Part shown: positions 16,000 through 24,022 of the stretch, in pieces
Numbering within the stretch: position 1 is the first letter of the stretch
How the letters are laid out: every line of letters starts with the position of its first letter
Assembly: GCF_000015025.1 (NCBI RefSeq)
Contig: NC_008578.1
Span: 2,340,001 to 2,372,000, forward strand
DNA from: Acidothermus cellulolyticus 11B
GTDB taxonomy: Bacteria > Actinomycetota > Actinomycetes > Acidothermales > Acidothermaceae
DNA length: 32,000 nt
Direction of reading: 5' to 3'
Made by a program: the position numbers and the translations under genes
Notes under the pieces: model-generated
What the model saw: the letters and a program-made list of their open reading frames with translations, nothing else
Told to the model about the DNA's origin: nothing
Database searches by the model: none

Positions 16000-17586
16000 A
16001 TGACCGCTCCGACAACATCCCGCTGGTGGACCCTGCTCGTCGTCGGCATTGGCACCTTCATGCTGATGCTCGACATCAGCGTGGCGAGTATTGCGCTGCC
16101 GCAGATCCGCGCGTCATTGCACGCGAGCTTCGCCGAGCTGCAGTGGGTTTTTGACGCGTATGCCCTGACACTCGCCGCCTTTCTCGTGACCGCCGGCTCA
16201 ATCGCCGACCGGCGGGGGCGCCGCGGTCTCTTTTTTCTCGGCCTTCTCGTGTTCACCGCCGCCTCGCTGAGCTGCGGTCTCGCCCCCAATGCGGTGGCGC
16301 TCAACGTGAGCCGCGGCTGTCAGGGCGTGGGGGCTGCAATTCTCTTTGCCGTGGGTCCGGCGCTGCTCGGCCAGGCGTTTCACGGCAAGGAGCGGGCGAT
16401 GGCATTCGGTGTCTTCGGCGCCGTCACGGGCATCGCTGTCGCGTCCGGGCCGCTCATCGGCGGTGGTCTCACCTCGGGCGTGAGTTGGCGGTGGATCTTT
16501 TTGCTCAACGTCCCGCTCGGTGTGTCGGCTGCGGTCATCACCCGGCTGCGCGTACAAGAGTCCCGGGACCCACGCGCTCGGGGAGCGGATTGGGCAGGCA
16601 TGCTGACCTTCACCGTCGCCCTCGCTGCCATCGTCTACGCACTCATCCGCGGCAATGAGATCGGCTGGACGAGTCCGGAGATCCTCGCAATGTATGGCAT
16701 TTCGGCTGTCATGCTTGTTGCCTTCGTTGTGACGGAGCGGCGGCTCGGCGAGCGGGCGATGTTTCCGCTTTCTTTCTTTAGGAACGTCATATTTGTCGGC
16801 ATCTCGCTTGTCGCTCTGATTGCCAACGGCTCGGCACTGCCCGCGATTTTCCTCGAGACGAATTACGTGGAGAACATCATGCACCTGTCGGCGTTCAGCA
16901 CGGGCGTTCGCTTTCTTCCGCTGACCCTGGCGCTGTTCGTGTTCGGCGCCGTAGCGGGCGCACTGACTGGTCGGGTGCCGTTCCGTCTTCTCATGGGCGC
17001 CTCCTGTGTCGCCCTCGGCATCGGCCTGCTGCTCGCCCGGACGACGACCGCTGATTCACGGTGGACGGCGCTTGTCCCGAGCATGATTGGAATGGGCGTT
17101 GGAATGGGCATTTTCAACCCGACGCGCGCCGCACTCGCGATCGGGGTCGCCGAACCGCGGGACGCCGGCGTCGCCTCCGGTATCAATGAGACCTTCCAGC
17201 AGGTGGGCATTGCGGTCGGCATCGCCGGCATCGGCGCGCTTTTCCAACACCGCGTCGTGTCGCTGTTCGCGGATTCGCAAGCGGGACACCTGCTCGGCGG
17301 CCAGGCTGCCTCGGGGGCGGCCCGGGGCATCAGCGCCGGTTCCCTGGACTCCGTCGCCGCCGCGTTCAGTGGGCTGCGCGACATGGTCCTCCGTGACGGC
17401 CGAGCCGCCTTTGTGGCCGCATTTCACGACGCCATGCTGGCCTGCGCGACGTGCGCTCTTGCCGCAGCCGCTCTCGCCGCCCTGCTCCTGCGTACCAAGG
17501 ACCTCCACGCCTCCGCGCTCTCGCTTGTGCCGCCGGAGACCGAGACGGACGCCGCGGAGCGAACGGCGGTCGCTGCCCGCTCCTAG
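16000..17586 (+). CDS. MFS transporter, DHA2 (EmrB/QacA, 14-TMS) drug/metabolite:H+ antiporter family
   Basis: 528 aa. It has LDISVASIALPQI, a motif A-like GSIADRRGRRGLF and LGVFGAVTGIAVASGPLIGG, with about 14 hydrophobic segments. GGAGGA precedes the ATG at 16000. Confidence 0.85.
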   Translation: MTAPTTSRWWTLLVVGIGTFMLMLDISVASIALPQIRASLHASFAELQWVFDAYALTLAAFLVTAGSIADRRGRRGLFFLGLLVFTAASLSCGLAPNAVALNVSRGCQGVGAAILFAVGPALLGQAFHGKERAMAFGVFGAVTGIAVASGPLIGGGLTSGVSWRWIFLLNVPLGVSAAVITRLRVQESRDPRARGADWAGMLTFTVALAAIVYALIRGNEIGWTSPEILAMYGISAVMLVAFVVTERRLGERAMFPLSFFRNVIFVGISLVALIANGSALPAIFLETNYVENIMHLSAFSTGVRFLPLTLALFVFGAVAGALTGRVPFRLLMGASCVALGIGLLLARTTTADSRWTALVPSMIGMGVGMGIFNPTRAALAIGVAEPRDAGVASGINETFQQVGIAVGIAGIGALFQHRVVSLFADSQAGHLLGGQAASGAARGISAGSLDSVAAAFSGLRDMVLRDGRAAFVAAFHDAMLACATCALAAAALAALLLRTKDLHASALSLVPPETETDAAERTAVAARS

Positions 17587-17616
17587 GATCGGGACAGCAC
17601 CGCGATGCAGCAACAC

Positions 17617-17659
17617 GGCGCGTCCCGGTGCAGGCGCTCAGCCTGCACCGGGACGCGCC
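17617..17659. terminator. Perfect 19-bp stem-loop; bidirectional intrinsic terminator between the convergent MFS and MarR genes
   Basis: GGCGCGTCCCGGTGCAGGC (17617-17635), loop gctca, then GCCTGCACCGGGACGCGCC (17641-17659), which is an exact reverse complement. It lies 31 nt after the MFS stop and 8 nt after the MarR stop. Confidence 0.7.
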
Positions 17660-17666
17660 GCGAACG

Positions 17667-18143
17667 TTACGCCGGCCAGTGGTTGGCGAGCACCTTCCGG
17701 GTCAGATCGGCGTAGGTGTCTCGCTCGGCGGCGGTCAGAGGGGAGAAGATTTCGGCCTCCACCTCGTCGGCGACCCGATGTGCTGCGGCGAGATTACGCC
17801 GTCCCGCGGCCGTCAGGAGCAGATCGTGCCGGCGCCGATCGCTCCGGTTACGCGATCGCTTGACGTAGCCCAGTTGTTCGAGGTCGTCGACCAAGGCCAC
17901 GACGGTGGTCGGATCGACACCGATAAGCCGTGACAATTCTTGTTGGGACAGAGGTGGTTCGCGATCAATAGCACTGAGCATGAAATATGTCCGTGTTGTC
18001 AGCTTTACCGCGGCTAGTCGCTCTTCGAAGGTGTGCAGCAGAATTTGGGTCAGCTTGTAGCTGAGAAAGCCTACTCTGCGACTAAGCGACAGCGACGCGA
18101 AGTTCGTTGGATTGCCTACTGGCCCAGTCAGACACTCAGTCAT
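17667..18143 (-). CDS. MarR family transcriptional regulator
   Basis: 158 aa with a winged HTH: LSQQELSRLIGVDPTTVVALVDDLEQLGYVKRSRNRSDRRRHDLLLTAAG. Confidence 0.85.
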   Translation of the reverse strand: MTECLTGPVGNPTNFASLSLSRRVGFLSYKLTQILLHTFEERLAAVKLTTRTYFMLSAIDREPPLSQQELSRLIGVDPTTVVALVDDLEQLGYVKRSRNRSDRRRHDLLLTAAGRRNLAAAHRVADEVEAEIFSPLTAAERDTYADLTRKVLANHWPA

Positions 18144-18216
18144 TCTTACAGTCTAGCGCGAAAAAGCATGAAGCTTGCAGTAATGCCGCGGCTTGGCGCC
18201 CGGATGCCGGATTATT

Positions 18217-18276
18217 GACCACCGACAGGACGGCGGCTGGTCGTCGGCAGGACGGCGGCTGACCACCGACAGGACG
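18217..18276. repeat. Interleaved short direct repeats in the marR/dnaB intergenic region
   Basis: gaccaccgacaggacg occurs at 18217-18232 and 18261-18276. caggacggcggctg occurs at 18226-18239 and 18248-18261. Confidence 0.75.
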
Positions 18277-18606
18277 CCAGCCTGCCGATGCCCTGCGCCC
18301 CGCCGGTGGGGGCCGGCCGCTGCCGGGCTGCCTTCCGGGAGGTCACCGCCGATCCACCGGCGTACGCCGCATTGGAATTTTCCGTCCCCAGCCTGTGGAA
18401 GCCACGCACGCGACAAGACGCCGCGGGTCACGAGTTCTCCACAGCGACGGGATGTCCGTATCCACAGTGACGCGCGGCGCCGTCCGCACCCTTTCCCCAG
18501 GGTCATCCACTGAATCGGCGACTTCCATCGCCGAGCCTGCCTGTTTTGTCGGCGCAGTGCGATAGAACTCTCTATCGCAGCTACCGAGTGAAGGAGTCTG
18601 ACCGGC

Positions 18607-19965
18607 GTGACCGTGATCGAACTGCCTGACCGTCCGACGGCCGGCCTCCGTACCCCGCCGCAGGACGTCGTCGCGGAACAGTCGGTGCTCGGCGGGATGC
18701 TCCTATCCAAGGACGCCATCGCCGACGTCGTCGAGATCCTGCGCAGCGCGGACTTTTATCGGCCGGCGCATCAACTGATCTTCGACGTGATCGTGGATCT
18801 CTACGGCCGCGGTGAGCCAGCCGATGCGATCACGGTGGCCGCCGAGTTGACCAAACGCGGTGAGCTGAACCGCGTGGGCGGCGCGGCGTACCTCCACACA
18901 CTGATCCAAACGGTGCCGACGGCAGCCAATGCCGGCTTCTATGCCCGCATCGTGGCCGACAAGGCCGTACTACGGCGCCTGGTCGAGGCCGGCACCCGGA
19001 TCGTCCAGCTCGGCTACGCGACCGACGGGTCGGACGTCGACGAGGTGGTGGATGCCGCCCAGGCTGCGATCTTTGATGTGACCACCCGCCGTGACAGCGA
19101 GGATTACGTCGTCCTCGAAGCACTCCTCCAGCCGACCCTCGACGAAATCGAGGCCAGCGGACACCGAGGCATCGGCCTTACCGGTGTCCCCACCGGCTTT
19201 GCCGACCTGGACGCCCTCACCAACGGCCTCCACCCCGGACAGCTGATCGTCGTTGCGGCGCGACCGGCCATGGGGAAGTCGACCTTGGCGCTGGACGTCG
19301 CCCGGTGCGCTGCGATTCGCCACCAGCTCACGACGGTGCTCTTCTCGCTGGAGATGAGCAAGCACGAAATCACCATGCGGCTGCTCTCCGCGGAATCCCG
19401 GGTCCCGCTGCAGGCGTTGCGCACCGGCCAGCTGCGTGACGACGACTGGATGAAACTGACCCGCCGATTGGGCGAGCTCGCGAGCGCGCCGCTGTACATT
19501 GACGATTCGCCCAACCTGTCGATGATGGAGATTCGCGCCAAGGCCCGCCGGTTGCGACAGCGGCACGACCTCCGGCTGGTGATCGTCGACTACCTGCAGC
19601 TGATGACGTCACACACCCGAGTGGAGAACCGCCAACAGGAGGTCAGCCAGATCTCCCGCTCGCTCAAGTTGCTCGCCAAGGAGCTCGGTGTGCCGGTCGT
19701 CGCACTTTCACAACTCAATCGGGGCCCCGAACAGCGCACCGACAAACGCCCGCAACTAGCCGACCTACGGGAATCCGGTGCCATCGAGCAAGACGCCGAC
19801 GTCGTCATCCTGCTGCATCGCGAGGATATGTACGAAAAGGAATCACCACGCGCCGGCGAGGCGGACCTCATCGTCGCCAAACACCGCAACGGCCCGACGG
19901 CGACGTTGACGGTGGCGTTCCAAGGACATTACAGCCGGTTCGTGGACATGGCGCCCGTCACGTGA
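18607..19965 (+). CDS. dnaB: Replicative DNA helicase DnaB (intein-free)
   Basis: 452 aa with PPQDVVAEQSVLGGMLLSKDAI, Walker A ARPAMGKST, SLEMS, IVDYLQLM and LSQLNRGPEQR. LRESGAIEQDADVV is uninterrupted. It uses a GTG start 10 nt after GAAGGAG. Confidence 0.95.
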   Translation: MTVIELPDRPTAGLRTPPQDVVAEQSVLGGMLLSKDAIADVVEILRSADFYRPAHQLIFDVIVDLYGRGEPADAITVAAELTKRGELNRVGGAAYLHTLIQTVPTAANAGFYARIVADKAVLRRLVEAGTRIVQLGYATDGSDVDEVVDAAQAAIFDVTTRRDSEDYVVLEALLQPTLDEIEASGHRGIGLTGVPTGFADLDALTNGLHPGQLIVVAARPAMGKSTLALDVARCAAIRHQLTTVLFSLEMSKHEITMRLLSAESRVPLQALRTGQLRDDDWMKLTRRLGELASAPLYIDDSPNLSMMEIRAKARRLRQRHDLRLVIVDYLQLMTSHTRVENRQQEVSQISRSLKLLAKELGVPVVALSQLNRGPEQRTDKRPQLADLRESGAIEQDADVVILLHREDMYEKESPRAGEADLIVAKHRNGPTATLTVAFQGHYSRFVDMAPVT

Positions 19966-20003
19966 GATCGGTCCGGTCCGGCCGCAACAATTCCTCGGAC
20001 GTC

Positions 20004-20120
20004 GCGGCCCGGCTCGTTACTCCGAAGACCCGGTCGGTGTCAACGCGTACCCCGGAGACCCGGTCGGTGTCGACGCGTAGCCGGTGAGGCAGCCGTCACG
20101 GCCGCGCCCCGGCTCGTTAC
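20004..20120. repeat. Nested direct repeats between dnaB and the second marR gene
   Basis: The outer pair is gcggcccggctcgttac (20004-20020) and gcgccccggctcgttac (20104-20120), exactly 100 bp apart. The inner pair is agacccggtcggtgtcaacgcgta (20026-20049) and agacccggtcggtgtcgacgcgta (20056-20079), exactly 30 bp apart. Confidence 0.85.
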
Positions 20121-20276
20121 GCCCGGAAACCTGACAGATCTCAGCACTCCCGCATGAATTGCGGCGTTTGTCGTATTCACTGGCAACCGAGTCGCGAAAA
20201 ACACTCGCCGTGCGTGGTCGGATGCGAGACGATCCGAGCATCGAATGGCGTCCGCCCTTCGGCACGGGAGGCCGCA

Positions 20277-20744
20277 ATGAGCCGCATGACTGACGATGAT
20301 TTCCGGGCCGTCGTCGACTTCCGACTCCAGTTGCGCCGCTTCATTCGCTGGAGTGAAGCAGCAGTACGCCGAGCCGGCCTGACCCCCGCGCAGCATGAAT
20401 TGCTTCTCGCCATTCGGTATCACCCGGACTCACGGGGGCCGACGATCGGGGAGATCTCCCAGGCGCTCGCCCTACGGCCGCACAGCACGGTCGGCCTGGT
20501 TGACCGTGCAGAGGCCGCGGGTCTCGTCGTCCGCCATCGCACCGATCGCGACGCGAGAGTCGTGCGGGTGACCTTGACCAGGCGCGGCGCCCAGCGTCTG
20601 ACCGGACTCACAAGCCAGCACGTCGCGGAGATTCGGCGTCTGGCGCCGGCATTTGCCCGTCTGACAAAGGAGCTGGCGGCGATGCAAGAGGAACACGCAA
20701 CCGATTCACCGGCACGCCGACGGCCCGCCCGACACACCGGCTAG
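20277..20744 (+). CDS. MarR family transcriptional regulator
   Basis: 155 aa from the ATG at 20277, which follows GGGAGG. It reads LTPAQHELLLAIRYHPDSRGPTIGEISQALALRPHSTVGLVDRAEAAGLVVRHRTDRDARVVRVTLTRRG. The track's 20154 start adds a Cys/Arg-rich extension that does not look real. Confidence 0.8.
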   Translation: MSRMTDDDFRAVVDFRLQLRRFIRWSEAAVRRAGLTPAQHELLLAIRYHPDSRGPTIGEISQALALRPHSTVGLVDRAEAAGLVVRHRTDRDARVVRVTLTRRGAQRLTGLTSQHVAEIRRLAPAFARLTKELAAMQEEHATDSPARRRPARHTG

Positions 20745-20796
20745 CACGATCGACTTGCTGGGAAACCGCGGCCACTTCTCATCGGCGAGATCGATA

Positions 20797-21219
20797 TCAC
20801 CGTCGGCCGGCCGCGCAACCGGGGCAGGTGCCAACCACCTCCAGCGTATGGTCGACATCGACAAAACCAGCGCGTGCCGCAACCCGCTCGGCCCACCGTT
20901 CGACGGATATCCCTTTGACTTCGACCGTCCGGCCGCAGTACCGGCACCGCAAGTGGTGGTGATGGGCGTTCGTCTCGCATTGCCTGTAGAGGGTCTCGCC
21001 GTCCGGCGCGCGCAAGGTATCCACGAGACCGGCCTCCGCCATCGCCCGCAATTGGTTGTAGACGGTGGTGAGCCCGACCGACTCGCCACGATCAATCAGG
21101 GCCTCGTGCAGCTCCTGAGCACTCCGAAACTGGCGTGACTCAGCCATGACTTGGGCGAGCGCCCGCTTCTGCCGTGTCGAACGACTCTGCCGGCCTTCAC
21201 TGGATCCGCTCATGGTCAT
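20797..21219 (-). CDS. zur: Zinc uptake regulator, Fur family
   Basis: 140 aa from the ATG at 21219. FRSAQELHEAL...VGLTTVYNQLRAMAEAG...HHHHLRCRYCGRTVEV...GTCPGCA is very close to Streptomyces/Mycobacterium Zur as I recall them. It is divergent from a metal ABC transporter operon. Confidence 0.8.
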   Translation of the reverse strand: MTMSGSSEGRQSRSTRQKRALAQVMAESRQFRSAQELHEALIDRGESVGLTTVYNQLRAMAEAGLVDTLRAPDGETLYRQCETNAHHHHLRCRYCGRTVEVKGISVERWAERVAARAGFVDVDHTLEVVGTCPGCAAGRR

Positions 21220-21339
21220 TGCCCTTCTTACGGTAGCGAGCCACCTGGCAGCCGACGAGCCGTGGCGGCCATGGCAGCGGCTGTGGGGCGCCCACCCAGG
21301 CCGCCGGGTTGTTATTGGCAACGACTTCAGATAAGCTAC

Positions 21340-21355
21340 TTGCAATGATTTCCAA
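21340..21355. promoter_or_regulatory. Candidate Zur box
   Basis: TTGCAATGATTTCCAA is an AT-rich imperfect palindrome. It matches about 11 of 15 positions of the actinobacterial Zur consensus TGAAAATGATTTTCA as I recall it. It lies in the zur/znuA divergent spacer and overlaps a possible znuA start. Confidence 0.45.
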
Positions 21356-22337
21356 CAAGGTGACCAGTGAGACGCCGCACCTGGAGCGTAAGACCGCTCG
21401 ACGCGGCCGCGCCGCGGCGTACAGTGCACGGGCCCGCCTCCGCGGCAGGATCGCGGCCGCCGTGCTGCTCGGAATGCTCGGCGCCGGCTGCAGCGTTACT
21501 GCCCCGCAGCCGGAGTCCGGCAACCTGCACGTCGTCGCCGCTGAGAGCGTCTGGGGTTCGATCGCCGCCCAACTTGGCGGGAATCACGTTGCGGTTACCG
21601 ACATCATCCGCTCCCCCGCGATCGATCCGCACGATTACGATCCGACATCCAGCGACGCTCGGGCCTTCGCCACCGCGGACCTCGTCATCGTGAACGGCAT
21701 CGGCTACGACCCGTGGGCCACGAAACTCCTCGCACCCGGCGCGGTCCACCGCCGGCTCGTCGTTGACGTCGGCGCCGTCACCGGAACGAGGCCCGGCGGC
21801 AATCCGCACCGGTGGTACGACCCCGCCGATGTCGTCAAAGTCGCCCACGCCATCACGGCCGCGTATCAGCAGCTCCAGCCGGCCGAGCGGTCGTATTTCG
21901 CCCAACGCTACGAATGGTTCACACACGTCGCGCTTGCGGAGTATCACAGCGTGATCGCCGAAATCCGCGCCCGCTACGCCGGCGTTCCGGTCGGGGCGTC
22001 GGAGAGCATATTCGCCCTGCTCACGCCGGCACTGGGACTGCGCCTCGTCACCCCGCCGGGTTTTCTCCGGGCCGTCAGCGAAGGCACCGATCCGACCGTC
22101 GCCGACAAGCAGACCATCCTGCGACAGTTGGCCGACCGGGAAATTCGCGTCTACCTTTTCAACGCGCAGAACACGACGCCGGACGTCGAGGAACAGGTCC
22201 GATTGGCGAAGGCGCACGGGATTCCCGTTGTCCCGATGACGGAGATGCTCGACCCTCCGTCCGCATCCTTTCAGCAATGGCAGGCGGCTCAACTACTGGC
22301 GCTCGAAAGAGCGCTGGCCGAAGGAGTGACAGCGTGA
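21345..22337 (+). CDS. znuA: Metal (probably zinc) ABC transporter substrate-binding lipoprotein, ZnuA/TroA family
   Basis: It has a signal peptide with lipobox-like LLGMLGAGCS, then VVAAESVWGSIA, DPHDYDPT and a GNPHRW metal-ligand context. The start is uncertain: TTG 21309, ATG 21345 and GTG 21360 are all in frame. Confidence 0.8.
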   Translation: MISNKVTSETPHLERKTARRGRAAAYSARARLRGRIAAAVLLGMLGAGCSVTAPQPESGNLHVVAAESVWGSIAAQLGGNHVAVTDIIRSPAIDPHDYDPTSSDARAFATADLVIVNGIGYDPWATKLLAPGAVHRRLVVDVGAVTGTRPGGNPHRWYDPADVVKVAHAITAAYQQLQPAERSYFAQRYEWFTHVALAEYHSVIAEIRARYAGVPVGASESIFALLTPALGLRLVTPPGFLRAVSEGTDPTVADKQTILRQLADREIRVYLFNAQNTTPDVEEQVRLAKAHGIPVVPMTEMLDPPSASFQQWQAAQLLALERALAEGVTA

Positions 22338-23182
22338 GCACTACCGCGAGACGCGGGCCCGCCGACGGCACGGCGGCCGCCATCGAGGTGACGAACGCGA
22401 CCGTCGCCCTTGGCGGTCGGGTCATCTGGCGGGACCTCTCCTTCGAGGTCGAGCCTGGTCAATTCGTCGCGATCCTTGGACCGAACGGCGCGGGCAAAAC
22501 GACGTTGGTGCGGACACTGCTCGGCCAGATCGAGCCGGTCGAGGGCGTCGTGCGGCTCTTCGGCCGACCGCCCCGTCAGAGTCGCGATCTCATCGGCTAT
22601 TTGCCGCAACGCCGGCACTTTGACGCCACGACGAGACTCCGCGGCGTGGACATCGTCCGGCTCGGCTTGGACGGCGACCGGATAGGTGTGCCGCTCCCCT
22701 GGGGACGGAAGGCGGCCGAAGCCCGCGCCCGTGTTGCAGCCGTACTGGAGCGGGTCGGCGCGGCGCCGTACGCCGGGCGGCCGATCGGCAGCCTCTCCGG
22801 CGGGGAGCAACAGCGTCTCCTCATCGCGCAAGCACTCGTCCGCGAACCACGGATGCTGTTGCTCGACGAACCGCTGGACAGTCTCGACCTGCCCAATCAA
22901 GTAGCGGTCGCGGCGCTGCTCAAGGAGCTGAGTCACGTCGACGGCGTGACCATCGTCATGGTGGTGCACGATGTCAATCCCATTCTTTCGTACCTCGATT
23001 GCGTCGTGTATCTGGCCAATGGGACCGGATTGTGCGGTGCGCCCTCGGAGGTCATCACCTCTGCACGGCTGACCGCGCTCTTCGGCACGCCGATCGAAGT
23101 GCTCCGCGCGGGTGACGGTCGTCTTGTCATCGTCGGTGAACCGGAGGCGCCGGCCCGGCACGTTGATCGGCACGCAGGATAA
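22334..23182 (+). CDS. znuC: Metal ABC transporter ATP-binding protein
   Basis: Its GTG start overlaps the znuA stop (GTGA). It has Walker A GPNGAGKTT, the signature LSGGEQQR and Walker B LLLDEP. The track's 21812 start is a spurious upstream extension inside znuA. Confidence 0.88.
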   Translation: MSTTARRGPADGTAAAIEVTNATVALGGRVIWRDLSFEVEPGQFVAILGPNGAGKTTLVRTLLGQIEPVEGVVRLFGRPPRQSRDLIGYLPQRRHFDATTRLRGVDIVRLGLDGDRIGVPLPWGRKAAEARARVAAVLERVGAAPYAGRPIGSLSGGEQQRLLIAQALVREPRMLLLDEPLDSLDLPNQVAVAALLKELSHVDGVTIVMVVHDVNPILSYLDCVVYLANGTGLCGAPSEVITSARLTALFGTPIEVLRAGDGRLVIVGEPEAPARHVDRHAG

Positions 23183-23185
23183 GCC

Positions 23186-24022
23186 ATGCTGCGCTATCCC
23201 TTCATGATTCATGCCCTCGCGGCGGGCAGTATCGTTGCGGTCATCGCCGCCGTGGTCGGTTGGTTCATGGTGTTACGCCGACAGAGCTTCGCGGGTCACG
23301 CCATCTCGCTCGCCGCCTTTCCCGGAGCCGCAGGCGCGGCGGCATTGGGCTGGAACGTCACGGCCGGATATTTCGTCAGCTGTTTTCTCGTCGCCGGGAT
23401 CCTTAGCGCTCTCGGACCGCGAAGCCAGCCTGGGACGCCGCGGGAATCCGCGATAGTCGGAACAGTTCTCGCGTTCATCCTCAGCTGCGGTTATCTCTTT
23501 TCCGCGCTCTCCGGAACATTGTTGTCCGAGACCACCCACACGTTGTTCGGCTTCATCTTCGGTATTTCCCAGGCTGAGCTGGTGGCGCTCGCGGCCACTG
23601 CTGCCGCGCTGCTCGTCGTCCTCGGTGTCGTCGGACGTCCGCTACTCTTCGCCTCCGTCGACGCGACATTGGCGCAGGCCCGCGGATTGCCGCTGCGCCT
23701 TCTCGACCTCGCATTCCTTTCTGCGCTGGCCGTTGCCTCGGCTGAAGGAAGCCAGATCACCGGCGCGCTGCTCGTCTTTCCACTGCTCGTGCTGCCGGCG
23801 GCGATCGCCCGGGACATCACCAGCAGGCCGGCCGTCAGTCTGCTGCTCAGCATTGGTTTCGGACTGGCCGCGGTCTGGATTGGATTGGTCATTGCCTACG
23901 CCACCTCGTACCCGAGCGGTTTCTGCGTGACGACACCGGTTTTCGCGGGCTTTGTCGTCACGAGACTTCTCCGCCGCCACGAACGCGGGCGCATCGCACG
24001 ACAGGTGGTGACCTCGCCGTGA
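23186..24022 (+). CDS. znuB: Metal ABC transporter permease (ABC-3 family), copy 1
   Basis: 278 aa and polytopic. It opens with the typical ABC-3 N-terminus F(M)IHALAAGSIVAV and starts 3 nt after the znuC stop. Confidence 0.85.
   Translation: MLRYPFMIHALAAGSIVAVIAAVVGWFMVLRRQSFAGHAISLAAFPGAAGAAALGWNVTAGYFVSCFLVAGILSALGPRSQPGTPRESAIVGTVLAFILSCGYLFSALSGTLLSETTHTLFGFIFGISQAELVALAATAAALLVVLGVVGRPLLFASVDATLAQARGLPLRLLDLAFLSALAVASAEGSQITGALLVFPLLVLPAAIARDITSRPAVSLLLSIGFGLAAVWIGLVIAYATSYPSGFCVTTPVFAGFVVTRLLRRHERGRIARQVVTSP

Noticed and set aside
18153-18719. 188-aa minus-strand ORF spanning the dnaB upstream region and the dnaB start.
   Set aside because: It overlaps the confident dnaB N-terminus, has an Arg/Ser/Cys-rich composition and no motif.
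19740-19800. Checked dnaB for an intein, which is common in actinobacterial DnaB at the RESG/C site.
   Set aside because: LRESGAIEQDADVV is continuous and the protein has the normal 452-aa length, so no intein is present.
20154-20276. N-terminal extension of the second MarR gene (track start 20154).
   Set aside because: The extension (MNCGVCRIHWQPSREKHSPCVVGCE...) has no MarR similarity. A GGGAGG ribosome-binding site directly precedes the internal ATG at 20277.
20797-21429. Long form of the Fur-family ORF (210 aa), and the 21812 start of the ABC ATPase ORF.
   Set aside because: The upstream parts have no Fur or ABC similarity and would run through the divergent promoter region or the znuA gene. 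The internal starts at 21219 and 22334 give canonical protein lengths and operon coupling.
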